A program made the position numbers and the translations under genes. A stretch of DNA of 64,000 nt. It comes from a bacterium. Its GTDB lineage: Bacteria; Patescibacteriota; Minisyncoccia; Phycocordibacterales; DATDWN01. Where the stretch lies: assembly GCA_037134875.1 (NCBI GenBank), contig JBAXLH010000001.1, positions 106,646-170,645 on the forward strand. The letters run 5' to 3'. The first letter of the stretch is position 1, and every line of letters begins with the position of its first letter. Below are positions 47,905 through 58,901 of the stretch, piece after piece. Below the pieces are notes generated by a model that had not been told where the DNA came from, did not search any database, and saw nothing but the letters and a program-made list of their open reading frames with translations.

Positions 47905-48177
47905 ATGGCACATAAGAAATCCGCAGGTACAACAAAAAACGGTAGAGATTCCAATCCAAAGTATCTCGGCGTCAAAATAACAGAAGGAGACAAAGCACAG
48001 GCAGGATCTGTGATTATTCGCCAGCGTGGTACAGATGTCTTGGCAGGCAAAAACGTCGGCATGGGAAAAGACCACACTCTCTTCGCTCTCACTTCCGGCA
48101 CAGTCAAATTCAGCAAAATGCGAAAAACTCATTTCGACAACACAGTCAAAGTTAAAAAAGTAGTAAATGTTATCTAA
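47905..48177 (+). CDS. rpmA: 50S ribosomal protein L27
   Basis: [37 protein letters not shown]. Confidence 0.98.
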   Translation: MAHKKSAGTTKNGRDSNPKYLGVKITEGDKAQAGSVIIRQRGTDVLAGKNVGMGKDHTLFALTSGTVKFSKMRKTHFDNTVKVKKVVNVI

Positions 48178-48188
48178 ATCTGTTATAC

Positions 48189-48224
48189 ACAAAAAACATT
48201 CTGATCTGCAGAATGTTTTTTTGT
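48189..48224. terminator. Bidirectional terminator
   Basis: AAAAAACATTCTG-ATCTG-CAGAATGTTTTTT between convergent genes. Confidence 0.75.
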
Positions 48225-48240
48225 ATGTGTGGTTTCAATA

Positions 48241-50001
48241 TTATTGAGACACAACTTCCCTGCTTTGACTTCTGGAAATAAATGCCGTACTGATAAACAA
48301 AACTCCGAGGACAATAAACGTCACGATGCGTAAAGTAAGTTCCATATTCCAAACATCCACAAAGACGAGACGAGCAACAACAGCGATGAGAAGTGCCATT
48401 CCATAATTTTTCAAAACCAAGTGGCGGTTGAAAAGACCGACGAAATGTGTAATCAAGCCTATGATTGTATACACAAAGAGAGAGATAAATACTGCCATGT
48501 CTTTCTGAGTTAGAAGGGCGTGGGATGAAAGCCAAACGAGCGCGTACAAATAGACTGTGGAACAAATAAACATAAAGTGGCCCATTTTGAGCTCGGATTT
48601 TGACACCTCGCCGTTTGCTCTAAAGAATACACCAAGCACGGCCAACAATATTGTCATAATAAAGAGTACAACAAAATCTGAATGCATTATTCCGGTATCC
48701 CATTTTGACGAGAATAAACTCGAGAGCGACAACAGAAATGGAACAATCATAAGCGCGGAGAAATTTTCTGCTATTTTTATTTTTCTCGTTACAACAAATG
48801 ATGACAAACAAATAATAACTGCTTCAAATTCAGATGCGATGACCATTGTCTGACCACTAAATTCAATTGAGGTCGCAACGGCCAAAAACAGGGTTGAAGC
48901 TAGTGTGTGAATATAAAACATCTGATCATTTTGAGTGGTCTTGTAAACAAAATATCCCGAAATCGCATAGAACAATGTCCAACCAATCAAGAAAATACTT
49001 TGATAATCTTTTGTTACAATACTTGTTGTGAATCCCAAGATAATTATTGTATTTACAATAGTCAAATATACATCTCCACTGTTTATGGCAATTTTATTTT
49101 TTATCAAACCAAACATATTCACACCTAAATACAAAAGTGACATTATGTAGGAAATTAACAGAATAGTATATTTTGTTGTTTCTATATTTGCCACTCCTCC
49201 CCAAAACACCTGCAAGCTGTACAATAACACTCCGGTAATACCCATAACCGTCGGTGATTTCCATTTTTTGAGAACAGAAATCCAAATAGTACCGATTGAA
49301 ACAACAAGAAGATATGTATACAGAAGTACAGGATCCATCGAATCGGTGTGAGAAAAATATGGTGCACAAAGAGACAGAATGAGGGCATAAGCGACCAAGT
49401 CTTCATATGATTTATACAGAGCGGTAATACTTACATATACCGACACAATAAATGCTATCGCGAGAACAATAATTGGTGAGAAAAAATTATAGAAGTATTG
49501 ACCAGCGAGGACACTAATAACAACAAGTGCCGAACCTAAAATGGTGAAAGCAACTCCTTGTACTTTATTTTTTCCAAGTCTAAATGATCCAAATATTGTA
49601 AGAAGTACCCCCAATGCAACACCTAGAGAAATTCTGCCTTCTGGACCAATCCAGTTGTGCATAAACGCATAACTAGCAAACCAGCCGAAACCAGCAAGAA
49701 TCATGAGAATTCCAATTTTTATAATGATATTTTCTTTAAACCAATTTTCCAACTGATTTTCCGCTCGTACTTCCTTTTTTATTTCATCAACTTGGGAAAC
49801 GGAAATTTTTACGACATTTGAAGGTTGTGAAAGTGGTACAGACTGTACTGTGTTTTGGGTTGAATTTGAAACATTACCTGCCGACAGATTTGCTTTGATA
49901 ATTTGTATTTCAGCCTGCAGTTTTTTTATAGAATCATCTAAATGAGCAAGCCGTGTAAAAACGACAACTAATAAAATTAAAGCCAATATAAAATAAATCA
50001 T
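48241..50001 (-). CDS. DUF2339-like polytopic membrane protein
   Basis: YAFMHNWIGPEGRI; C-terminal LVFVDVW...RIVTFIVLG; many TM segments. Confidence 0.85.
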   Translation of the reverse strand: MIYFILALILLVVVFTRLAHLDDSIKKLQAEIQIIKANLSAGNVSNSTQNTVQSVPLSQPSNVVKISVSQVDEIKKEVRAENQLENWFKENIIIKIGILMILAGFGWFASYAFMHNWIGPEGRISLGVALGVLLTIFGSFRLGKNKVQGVAFTILGSALVVISVLAGQYFYNFFSPIIVLAIAFIVSVYVSITALYKSYEDLVAYALILSLCAPYFSHTDSMDPVLLYTYLLVVSIGTIWISVLKKWKSPTVMGITGVLLYSLQVFWGGVANIETTKYTILLISYIMSLLYLGVNMFGLIKNKIAINSGDVYLTIVNTIIILGFTTSIVTKDYQSIFLIGWTLFYAISGYFVYKTTQNDQMFYIHTLASTLFLAVATSIEFSGQTMVIASEFEAVIICLSSFVVTRKIKIAENFSALMIVPFLLSLSSLFSSKWDTGIMHSDFVVLFIMTILLAVLGVFFRANGEVSKSELKMGHFMFICSTVYLYALVWLSSHALLTQKDMAVFISLFVYTIIGLITHFVGLFNRHLVLKNYGMALLIAVVARLVFVDVWNMELTLRIVTFIVLGVLFISTAFISRSQSREVVSQ

Positions 50002-50085
50002 AAAAATGCTTATAAATAATATGTTTAAATTATATCAAAATATTGTTTAATTTGATTCTTATTATCCACACAAGTTTTTCATAAC

Positions 50086-50119
50086 AAAAAAGACCAAGGG
50101 CTTTCCTTGGTCTTTTTTT
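50086..50119 (-). terminator. Intrinsic terminator after rplI
   Basis: AAAAAAGACCAAGG-GCTTT-CCTTGGTCTTTTTT. Confidence 0.8.
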
Positions 50120-50128
50120 ATTTAAATG

Positions 50129-50572
50129 TTACTCTGCCTCAACGACGACTGTAAATTCTGCTTTTTTGCCGAGAGCCTCGACTTTGATTTTATGCTCGCC
50201 CACCTCTTTGAGCGGTTTATCGAGCTTGATGAAATCTACATCAAGATTGACACGTGCTGACTTTGTTACTTCGTCAGCGAGCATTTCTTTTGTAATACCA
50301 GCAAAGAGATGACCTTTTTCGTTGGCTTTGCCTTTCAGAGTTACTTTGATACTCTTTATCATCTCAATATTTTTTGCCAAAAGTTCTTCCTGAATTTTTT
50401 CCTCCGCTCGCGCTTTTTCTTTTTCGGCGTTTATTTTTGCAATCGCCGGAGCTGTTGCAACGACTGCCAAACCGCGTGGAATAAGAAGGTTTAGCGCGTG
50501 ACCCTCTGCCACATCTTTGACATCAAACCGTTTACCCAACTTTGGAACATCTTTAAGTAATATTATTTTCAT
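50129..50572 (-). CDS. rplI: 50S ribosomal protein L9
   Basis: MKIILLKDVPKLGK...VAEGHALNLLIPRGLA, GHLFAGI. Confidence 0.97.
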   Translation of the reverse strand: MKIILLKDVPKLGKRFDVKDVAEGHALNLLIPRGLAVVATAPAIAKINAEKEKARAEEKIQEELLAKNIEMIKSIKVTLKGKANEKGHLFAGITKEMLADEVTKSARVNLDVDFIKLDKPLKEVGEHKIKVEALGKKAEFTVVVEAE

Positions 50573-50603
50573 ATGACCCCTATACTACCACAAAAAACTA
50601 GTC

Positions 50604-50820
50604 AAAGTCGAGTAAACTTTTCCAAGACACGCATATTCGCTTGCTAGCGAATTGCTATGCTCGGAAATCAAGAAAACAATCGTCCTCACTCCAGAGCCTT
50701 CTCGCAAACTCGCTTTGCTCGCCCCTTCTTGCAGAGGGGTTGAGTGCTTCAGGCTTCTTTCCGTTCGTCGTTGTTTTCTAATTTCCTGTGCAATGTCTTG
50801 GGAAAGATTCCCTCGACTTT
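50604..50820. repeat. Structured dispersed repeat family A, copy 2
   Basis: Same core as copy 1; outer stem AAAGTCGAG/CTCGACTTT. Confidence 0.9.
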
Positions 50821-52047
50821 TTAGTCCTTGAGTAGTTCCAGCGCTTTATTCATCTGTGTGTCGTTGCCTTTTGCAAACTCTTTGTCATCTAGCTTTACAA
50901 CAACATCAGGAGTGAGTCCACCGTGAGAAATAGAGATGCCGTTTGGTGTCAGCCATTTTGCAATCGTGACCTTGAGTGATGTGTCGGGTGTAATATTGAC
51001 GAGCTCTTGCACAGAGCCTTTGCCGAATGACTGTGTACCGACGAGTGTACCAACGCCGTTTTCATGGAGTGCACCGGCAAGAATTTCTGATGCGCTCGCA
51101 GAACCACCGTCAATGAGTACAACGAGTTTCAATTTGTCATTAAATATATTGTATCCTTTGCTTCTATACACCTGTGCGTCCTGCGCGTTTCTGAAATCTT
51201 CTTTGACAACGACTTTGCCGGCTGGGAGAAACCATGACGCCATATCAATAGCGGCATCCAAGTATCCACCAGGGTTGCCTCGCAAATCCAAAACCATTTT
51301 GTATTTTCCAGATTCGATAAATTTTCTGAGTGCATCTCTGAAAAGATTTGGGGAGATTGCGGAGAAGTTGTAGAGACGAATGACAAACACGTCCCCTTTT
51401 ATTTCTGTATCAATTGTAGGAATATCGATCACATCCCGCACAACCTTGACTTCAAATGGATCTTTGACACCTTCTCGTGCAAGCAAAAGAGTGACCTCGG
51501 TTCCCTTTTTGCCACGAATCATTTTTATGGCTTCGTCGGTACTCAGTCCATTTGTGATAGTGCTGTTTATTTTGAGAATCTTGTCTCCTGTTTTTATACC
51601 CGCTCTGTATGCCGGTGTCCCTTTGAGTGGAGCAACGACAGTCAATATACTGTCTCGGATACCAATCTCCATACCGACACCTTCAAAGTTACCTGCTATT
51701 TCATCGGCAAAACTTTTTGCCTGCACTGGTGGAAAAAATGTTGTATATGGATCACCGAGTGATTTTGTCATTCCTTCTATCGCTCCCCATACACGATCCT
51801 GATTTGAAACTTTTTCTGTTGATGTACTGTTTGTTGAAACATATTTCTCGTCGAGCACCTGCCATGCTTTCCAGAAAGGAGCAAAATCTGCCTTTACACT
51901 TCCATTCATATTTGAAACTTCGTCAGAAAGTCTGTTTGAATCCGACACGGTTTTTCCAGAATAAAATCCAATAGTAAAAACAACGATAACAACGAGTATG
52001 CCTACAACAACATACTTTGATCTGAGCTGAGTAAGAAAGTTTTTCAT
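50821..52047 (-). CDS. S41 carboxyl-terminal processing protease
   Basis: LGDPYT, PDZ domain, DLRGNPGG, SASASEI, FGKGSVQ. Confidence 0.96.
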   Translation of the reverse strand: MKNFLTQLRSKYVVVGILVVIVVFTIGFYSGKTVSDSNRLSDEVSNMNGSVKADFAPFWKAWQVLDEKYVSTNSTSTEKVSNQDRVWGAIEGMTKSLGDPYTTFFPPVQAKSFADEIAGNFEGVGMEIGIRDSILTVVAPLKGTPAYRAGIKTGDKILKINSTITNGLSTDEAIKMIRGKKGTEVTLLLAREGVKDPFEVKVVRDVIDIPTIDTEIKGDVFVIRLYNFSAISPNLFRDALRKFIESGKYKMVLDLRGNPGGYLDAAIDMASWFLPAGKVVVKEDFRNAQDAQVYRSKGYNIFNDKLKLVVLIDGGSASASEILAGALHENGVGTLVGTQSFGKGSVQELVNITPDTSLKVTIAKWLTPNGISISHGGLTPDVVVKLDDKEFAKGNDTQMNKALELLKD

Positions 52048-52109
52048 TACACACAATTATCGCAAATAAATATATTGTGGTCAAACCAAAATAACTATAT
52101 AATAAATGT

Positions 52110-53030
52110 ATGATTACAAAACGCACGTACAAAAATGAAACGTGGGTTGATATAGATCACGGCACACCAGAAGAAATTCTCTCTATTATGGACACGTACG
52201 CCATACATCCTATGGTGGCGAGAGACCTCACATCAGCGACTCCAAAATCACGCATAGAATTTCACAACGGATACATATATTGTATTCTGCATTTTCCTGT
52301 GTACAAACATTCACACTCCGACACCGAACAAAAAGAACAGGAGGTTGATTTTGTGATTGGCAAAAATGTATTGGTGACCGCCCGCTATGACACCATAGAC
52401 GCACTGGACAAATTTGGCAAAATCATTGAGGTCAAAGAGATTTTGGAAAAGAAAAATTCTACTGAGTCTGAAATGGCAATGTTTACTGGTATGATTCGCG
52501 AGTTATATGGATCAATTTTTGAAGAGTTGGAATATATCGAGGACGTTACCGATGGTATTACCGCAAAAATTTTCAAAGGCAAAGAAAAAGAAATGGTTGT
52601 GTCAATTTCCGAAATGATGCGAGTACTCATCGACTTCAAAAAGACAACCGACTTCCACAAAGAAATACTCGAGATGATTTATCATCGTGGTGGCGAAATG
52701 TTTGGGGATAGTTTCGCAAAAGATATGCGACTCATTATTTTGGACTACTTGAAAATCAACACGACAATACACAACAACCTCGAAACACTCCGCGAGCTCC
52801 GTGACACAAACAACTCCCTCCTCACCAGCAAACAAAATGAGACAGTCAAACAACTCACGGTTTTAAACGCTATCGTTTTGCCACTCGACCTGATCGCCTT
52901 TATTTTTGCTATGCGCACCAACGGAATGCCTCTCATCGACAATCCCAACGCGTTTTGGATTGTCATCACACTAATGTGTACAATAACACTCATTACACTC
53001 ACCTTTATAAAACACAAAAAATGGCTATAA
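52110..53030 (+). CDS. CorA family divalent cation transporter
   Basis: WVDID, KQNETVKQLT, two C-terminal TMs; GMN signature replaced by AMR. Confidence 0.88.
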   Translation: MITKRTYKNETWVDIDHGTPEEILSIMDTYAIHPMVARDLTSATPKSRIEFHNGYIYCILHFPVYKHSHSDTEQKEQEVDFVIGKNVLVTARYDTIDALDKFGKIIEVKEILEKKNSTESEMAMFTGMIRELYGSIFEELEYIEDVTDGITAKIFKGKEKEMVVSISEMMRVLIDFKKTTDFHKEILEMIYHRGGEMFGDSFAKDMRLIILDYLKINTTIHNNLETLRELRDTNNSLLTSKQNETVKQLTVLNAIVLPLDLIAFIFAMRTNGMPLIDNPNAFWIVITLMCTITLITLTFIKHKKWL

Positions 53031-53082
53031 TTGCCAGGACGTGATTTCGACAAAATCTTGTTATTTGTGGTTTAATAGAGTT

Positions 53083-54474
53083 ATGGACATACATTTACAC
53101 AACACGCTCTCGGGCAAGAAAGAAGTTTTTAAGCCTATCACGGAGGGCTCAGTTTCAATGTACAATTGTGGACCGACAGTCTACAACTATGCACATATCG
53201 GAAATCTCCGAAGCTACGTTTTTGCTGACACACTCAGACGAATGTTCGAATGGAACGGATACGAAGTCAAACAAGTTATAAACATTACAGATGTCGGACA
53301 TTTGACTTTTGACGGTGCAGGAAATGAAGACAAAATGGAAAAAGGAGCAGAGCGCGAAGGCAAGACGGCAAAAGAAATAAGTATTCAATATACAAAATCT
53401 TTTTTTGATGATTTGGATGCACTCAATATTTCTCGCGATCATATACAATTTCCTCGAGCCACAGAGTACATTGCTGAACAAATAGAAATGGTTCAAACTT
53501 TGGAAAAAAATGGGTACACCTACAAAACAAGTGATGGAATATATTTTGATACCAGCAAGTTTCCAGAATATGGAAAATTGGGAAATATAGATTTGAAAGG
53601 TTTGGAAGAGGGTGCTCGTGTCATGATAAACACAGAAAAGAAAAATCCAACCGATTTTGTTCTTTGGAAATTTAGCCCAACAGATCACAAACGAGAAATG
53701 GAATGGGAATCTCCGTGGGGTGTCGGTTTTCCCGGCTGGCATATTGAGTGTTCGGCAATGTCAAAAAGTCTCCTCGGAGCAACCTTTGATATTCACACCG
53801 GTGGCATCGACCACATACCAGTCCACCACAACAACGAAATCGCCCAGTCGGTCTGCGCCAATCACACTCCATTTGTTCATTACTGGATGCATAACGCCTT
53901 TTTAACAATCAACAGTGGGAAAATGTCAAAATCAGATGATAACTTTATCAGACTCCAGACTCTCGTAGAAAAAAATATAGATCCTCTCGCTTATCGCTAC
54001 TTACTTTTGACTGCACGATATTCATCACCACTCCAATTTAGCTTCGAAGCACTCGAGGGCGCACAGAATGCACTGCGAAAACTGAAAGCAAAAATAAACG
54101 AAACAAATGAATCAGAGAAAACAGAGAATGAAACTGTTCTCATTGAAAATAAAAATACATTTACTGAATATATAAATGATGATTTGGACACACCAAAAGC
54201 TCTGGCTCTTGTGTGGGAAATTTTGAAAGATGATAGACTGTCCAGTGCTGACAAACGAAAACAAATTCTTGATTTTGACAAAGTCCTCGGACTCAACCTC
54301 GATTCAAATGAAGATGTTGAGATACCTGAAAATGTCCGCGAGCTCATTTCAGAACGCGACAAAGCTCGAGAAAACAAAGACTTTGCCACAAGTGACGCTC
54401 TCCGTAAAGAAATAGAGTCTTTTGGTTTTGAAGTAAAAGACACTCCCGAAGGCACAAAAATAGCACGAAAATAG
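53083..54474 (+). CDS. cysS: Cysteine--tRNA ligase
   Basis: CGPTVY, HIGN, PGWHIECSAM, KMSKS. Confidence 0.98.
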   Translation: MDIHLHNTLSGKKEVFKPITEGSVSMYNCGPTVYNYAHIGNLRSYVFADTLRRMFEWNGYEVKQVINITDVGHLTFDGAGNEDKMEKGAEREGKTAKEISIQYTKSFFDDLDALNISRDHIQFPRATEYIAEQIEMVQTLEKNGYTYKTSDGIYFDTSKFPEYGKLGNIDLKGLEEGARVMINTEKKNPTDFVLWKFSPTDHKREMEWESPWGVGFPGWHIECSAMSKSLLGATFDIHTGGIDHIPVHHNNEIAQSVCANHTPFVHYWMHNAFLTINSGKMSKSDDNFIRLQTLVEKNIDPLAYRYLLLTARYSSPLQFSFEALEGAQNALRKLKAKINETNESEKTENETVLIENKNTFTEYINDDLDTPKALALVWEILKDDRLSSADKRKQILDFDKVLGLNLDSNEDVEIPENVRELISERDKARENKDFATSDALRKEIESFGFEVKDTPEGTKIARK

Positions 54475-54551
54475 CCTGTCCACACATTTCCCACAGTTTA
54501 TGAACCTTTGACTAGTAGCGGTCGAAAACCTGTGCGTGGTAGAATGTCTCT

Positions 54552-55943
54552 ATGACTCAAACTATCATCACACAGACAGTCAAAAATCGACTGCGAATAC
54601 CTCCGCAAAACCTGGATGCCGAAATGGCACTTCTCGGATCTATTATGCTCCGTCCAGAAGCAATGTACGAAATCATTGATATTATTTCTGTTGATTCTTT
54701 TTATTCCGAAAAACATCGCATTGTGTTTGAAACGATGATGGATCTATTTACAAAGAGACAGCCGATCGATATGCTCTCTGTTTCTGCAAAACTCAAAGAG
54801 AAAAACTGGCTCGATCAAATCGGCGGAAACACATATCTCACAGAAATCGTAAATGTCGTTCCCTCTTCGTCAAACATCGTCTACTACGCGCAAATCGTCC
54901 AGAAAAAATATATGATGCGACGACTCATCGAGGCGTCTGACTTCATTTCACAAATCGGCTATGATGAAAATAAAGAACTCGAAGAAATTCTAGACGGTGC
55001 AGAGAAAAAACTTTTTGAAGTCACAAATTTCAACACATCACACAAATTTGTTCATCTCAAAGACGAGCTCGCCGAAGCGTGGGAGCGACTCGACAGATTG
55101 CACACCGAAGGCAAAAGTATGCGAGGAATCCCGACTGGCTTTGCTGAGATCGACAACAAACTTTCTGGTTTGCAAAAATCAGATCTGATTATTCTCGCAG
55201 CGCGACCATCAATGGGAAAAACTTCGCTGGCACTCGACATTGCTAGGCAGACAGCGGTCAATCACAACACACCAGTCGGAATATTTTCTCTGGAAATGAG
55301 TAGTCAGCAACTCGTGGACAGAATGATGGCAGCTCAAGCAAATGTGGACGCATGGAAACTCCGCACCGGTACACTCTCACGACAAGATGATTTTGATGCG
55401 CTCCGCGAATCTCTGGACAAACTCAACAAAGCACCGATATTTATTGATGACCAACCAGGAAATAACATTCTCAAAATGCGTTCCGTCGCACGCCGTCTCA
55501 AGAGTGAGCATGGCCTCGGACTTCTCGTTGTCGACTACCTCCAGCTCATGGTACCGACACAGACCAAAAATGATAACGTCGTTCAGCAAGTCACAGAAAT
55601 TTCACGATCTCTCAAAAACCTCGCCCGCGAGCTCGACGTACCAGTTCTCGCTCTCTCTCAGCTCTCCCGAGCAGTGGAACAACGTGGTGGTCGCCCTCGT
55701 CTCTCTGACCTTCGAGACTCTGGATCTATCGAGCAAGACGCCGACGTGGTAATGTTCATTCACCGCGAGGACAAATACAAAGACGAAGCCGAAAAAAACA
55801 ACATTGCCGAAATACTCATCGAGAAACATCGAAACGGAGAAACTGGCAAAGTGGATCTGTTCTTCAACGACAAAAAGGCCACGTTTCAGAGTATTGATAA
55901 GGCGGAGTACAAAGGCGCAGAAAAGGAGTTTGCGGAGTTCTAG
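54552..55943 (+). CDS. dnaB: Replicative DNA helicase
   Basis: AARPSMGKT, SLEMS, DYLQL, LSQLSR, DLRDSGSIEQDAD. Confidence 0.98.
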   Translation: MTQTIITQTVKNRLRIPPQNLDAEMALLGSIMLRPEAMYEIIDIISVDSFYSEKHRIVFETMMDLFTKRQPIDMLSVSAKLKEKNWLDQIGGNTYLTEIVNVVPSSSNIVYYAQIVQKKYMMRRLIEASDFISQIGYDENKELEEILDGAEKKLFEVTNFNTSHKFVHLKDELAEAWERLDRLHTEGKSMRGIPTGFAEIDNKLSGLQKSDLIILAARPSMGKTSLALDIARQTAVNHNTPVGIFSLEMSSQQLVDRMMAAQANVDAWKLRTGTLSRQDDFDALRESLDKLNKAPIFIDDQPGNNILKMRSVARRLKSEHGLGLLVVDYLQLMVPTQTKNDNVVQQVTEISRSLKNLARELDVPVLALSQLSRAVEQRGGRPRLSDLRDSGSIEQDADVVMFIHREDKYKDEAEKNNIAEILIEKHRNGETGKVDLFFNDKKATFQSIDKAEYKGAEKEFAEF

Positions 55944-55990
55944 TTTCTGGCTCGTTGTACTATTTTTGGAGACTCAGAAAAATACAAAAA

Positions 55991-56608
55991 ATGAATAATA
56001 CAGAAAAACTTATAGAATTATTCAAAGAATTTCCTGGGATTGGACCGCGACAAGCCAAGCGGTTTGTTTATTTTTTGCTTACCAGAAACAACGGCTACTC
56101 TACCGAGCTCGCCAAACTCATCTCGGAAGTAAAATCGCATGTTGCGATCTGTGATTCGTGTTTTCGATTTTTCACAAAAAATGGTTCAAAGAGTGACACC
56201 TGCTCAGTTTGCCGAGATGAGAACCGCGACAAAACTTTCTTGATGATCGTCTCTCACGATATTGATTTTGAAAATATTGAGAAAACAAAATTTTTTAACG
56301 GATACTATTTTATTCTCGGTGGCACAGTACCAATCCTCGAAAAAAACCCAGAAAACAAAATCCGTCAAAAAGAATTACTGGAAATAGTCCAGAAAAAAAT
56401 AGATGGTGGTCTCAAAGAAATTATTATCGCCCTCAACTACAATCCTGAAGGCGAAAACACACTGACATATATACACAATCTACTTCGCCCAATTGGTCTC
56501 ACACATACGATAAAAATCTCAACACTCGGTCGTGGACTCTCCACAGGCACAGAGCTCGAATACTCTGACTCCGATACAATCAAAAACGCTCTCAAAAATC
56601 GTCAGTAA
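55991..56608 (+). CDS. recR: Recombination protein RecR
   Basis: FPGIGPRQAKR HhH, C4 zinc finger, toprim EGENT, GTELEYSD. Confidence 0.95.
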   Translation: MNNTEKLIELFKEFPGIGPRQAKRFVYFLLTRNNGYSTELAKLISEVKSHVAICDSCFRFFTKNGSKSDTCSVCRDENRDKTFLMIVSHDIDFENIEKTKFFNGYYFILGGTVPILEKNPENKIRQKELLEIVQKKIDGGLKEIIIALNYNPEGENTLTYIHNLLRPIGLTHTIKISTLGRGLSTGTELEYSDSDTIKNALKNRQ

Positions 56609-56634
56609 AATTTAGATAAAAAAACCTGCCACCC

Positions 56635-57192
56635 CTATGAGGTAGCAGTATTATCCGAAACGCGCGTCTGGTATCCGCCCAGAATGTGCGTATTAATTCT
56701 TGTAGCCAAACCGATCGGAAAGACCGGATCGTGCTTTTTGAGCACACAAGCAATAAATTTACATATAAACTTAAAATCTCCATCCTTGCCGAGCAACTCA
56801 TCTCTGAAAATCAGATGAGTCTCATGCTTCGGCTTCTTGTGACGTAGAGTAAGGTCCATCGTCACGACCGTCCCCCGATAATAAAAGAAACAATCAGCGC
56901 CGTGCAGATCTGCCGGCCTGTTGATTCCTAAAAAAACAACTACCAAATTGCGCTCCTCGGGAGCAAAGTGACTCCTCACTTCCCGAAGGACATATTTGAT
57001 ATGAGGCTGTGGGTCGTACGGAAACCCAAAGTCCTGTCTCTTCATTGACTCATACAGGGCACGAACAAACTCCATCGTGCCTCCCGGGTAGATAATGTGC
57101 CGTGAAGGCTCTCCCAGCATAAAGGTCTCAAAAGCCCGACCCTCCTGGGAGCAACCCCCGAAATCCCAACTGTGGTTTTGATTTCCGTTCAT
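56635..57192 (-). CDS. Hypothetical protein
   Basis: 185-aa ORF with upstream GGAGG and a terminator-like hairpin at 56619-56648. Confidence 0.6.
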   Translation of the reverse strand: MNGNQNHSWDFGGCSQEGRAFETFMLGEPSRHIIYPGGTMEFVRALYESMKRQDFGFPYDPQPHIKYVLREVRSHFAPEERNLVVVFLGINRPADLHGADCFFYYRGTVVTMDLTLRHKKPKHETHLIFRDELLGKDGDFKFICKFIACVLKKHDPVFPIGLATRINTHILGGYQTRVSDNTATS

Positions 57193-57244
57193 AGGAAACC
57201 TCCAAAAATTACTCTACCACACAATAAAAATCTTGTAAAGTACC

Positions 57245-57874
57245 CTATTTTTTGTATTCCACAATCTTCCCTGCCTCGATTTCGATAGGATCTGCTTTGC
57301 GCAGATGTTTGATTTGCTGACTGTTTAGTATCGGATAATGCTTTACATCGTCCAAATGCGATGGAATTTCAAAAAGATTTTTGTCCGATGTTCTCCACTC
57401 CAGAGTATTGAAAAAATTGAGGTCAAACGGCTTTGTGTATTCGCGCAGAGTTTTCTGTCCGTTGCTATTCAAAAAATATTCGTGAAAATATGAAAGCACA
57501 AGCTCACGGATAGTTTTGTACACCGGCTCACGATATCTGAGCACGGCGTGATTTGTTTTTGATATCGCACCATAACAACCAAATTTTTTATACACCGCGA
57601 TAATGTGATCAAAATCAAATGGCTTTGTCGAGGATCGCAAATCCATCACAAGGGGTTTTTCTCCATGAAATTCGAGTACCGCTCCCGCAAACATCGCACC
57701 TTCCATACAATGTGCCTTGCCGACTTTGAGCACCTCTCGCGGAGACATACAGGTATCCCCTTTTTCTTCAAAATTGAATGGGAGTGAATTCAAAAAATCT
57801 TGAATCTTTGCTGGAGAATTTAATTTTTTGAATATTTTTATTTCCTCTTTCGTATACTCAATCCTTTTTTTCAT
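57245..57874 (-). CDS. Transglutaminase-like hypothetical protein
   Basis: AHCMEGA, DHIIA, ISKTNH, SYFHEY. Confidence 0.7.
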   Translation of the reverse strand: MKKRIEYTKEEIKIFKKLNSPAKIQDFLNSLPFNFEEKGDTCMSPREVLKVGKAHCMEGAMFAGAVLEFHGEKPLVMDLRSSTKPFDFDHIIAVYKKFGCYGAISKTNHAVLRYREPVYKTIRELVLSYFHEYFLNSNGQKTLREYTKPFDLNFFNTLEWRTSDKNLFEIPSHLDDVKHYPILNSQQIKHLRKADPIEIEAGKIVEYKK

Positions 57875-58451
57875 ATTTATTTTGATATGCAGAATAAATT
57901 ATATACGACACAACAACTACAACAAGCAACGATCCAACAGTAGTAACAAGACCAGAAATATTATTCCAATAATCACCAATGAAATAGCCGATCACCACAA
58001 GCAATGTGATTTCAATAAAATTTCCAAGCAAGTCATAGATAATAAATTTTATTGGAGAAACCCCAACGTATCCTGAAATAAAATTAACCATTGGACCGAG
58101 TACCCCGACAAATCGAGAGATAAATATTGTAAACCCAGAATGTTTCTTGAAATACTCTTCCAGATTCAAAAAGAAAGAATACTTTTTTATATATCTTTCT
58201 CTGACTACGATATGTCCATATTTTCTGAATATAGCATAGTCGATAAGATCACCGAGAAAATTTGCAGAGAGTGCTACAAAGACAGCCATTTTGAAATCAA
58301 AAAATCCCTGACTGGAAAATGCACCCACAGCGATGAGAGTAATATCTATTGGCAGTGGCAAAATAACGGCTGCAGAAAAAACAACCAGAAACAAAGCTGT
58401 ATATTTGTAGAGAAGTAGGTATGAAAGAAGAAAAGATAGTATAGAACTCAT
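57858..58451 (-). CDS. DedA family membrane protein
   Basis: PLPID, GDLIDY, IFISRF. Confidence 0.9.
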   Translation of the reverse strand: MSSILSFLLSYLLLYKYTALFLVVFSAAVILPLPIDITLIAVGAFSSQGFFDFKMAVFVALSANFLGDLIDYAIFRKYGHIVVRERYIKKYSFFLNLEEYFKKHSGFTIFISRFVGVLGPMVNFISGYVGVSPIKFIIYDLLGNFIEITLLVVIGYFIGDYWNNISGLVTTVGSLLVVVVVSYIIYSAYQNKYEKKD

Positions 58452-58843
58452 TGATGTGATTTGATATAGTCGCCCACAGCATTCTGCAGAGTTGTCATAA
58501 AAATACCAACATCAAATTTTTGATTTTTTGCATATTTGGAAATAACAACTTTTGGATATTTTGGATCAATGATAGTGAGAGAATTTTTCAAATATTCCGG
58601 TGGCAAATTGAAAACCCTGTTTACATAATCAAACGTCATCCACTGCTGAATCACAGACACATCACCCGAAGTAAGAGATCGATTCTTTTTTATATTCGCG
58701 ATTAACTCTCTGTATGAATTTGCTACTTCCACTCTCCGAAGATGATCATACTCTTTGACGAGCCTATAAAAAAGAATTGCAAAGACGATGAGTAAAACAA
58801 CCAAAATCGTCTGGACGATATGGAGTGTGTTTTTTGATTTCAT
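58448..58843 (-). CDS. Hypothetical membrane-anchored protein
   Basis: Probable start MKSKNTL; TM helix; WMTFDYVNRVFNLPPEYL. Confidence 0.7.
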   Translation of the reverse strand: MKSKNTLHIVQTILVVLLIVFAILFYRLVKEYDHLRRVEVANSYRELIANIKKNRSLTSGDVSVIQQWMTFDYVNRVFNLPPEYLKNSLTIIDPKYPKVVISKYAKNQKFDVGIFMTTLQNAVGDYIKSHQ

Positions 58844-58901
58844 ACCAAAATCATAGCATATTTTCCAAATGAAAAGAGACGCTCGAGACGTCCCATTGAA
58901 A

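Noticed and set aside
50040-50075. Replication origin at the DnaA box 50062-50070, and weak boxes before dnaB (54476-54496)
   Set aside because: Isolated boxes with no cluster and no dnaA/dnaN nearby; may be regulatory or chance.
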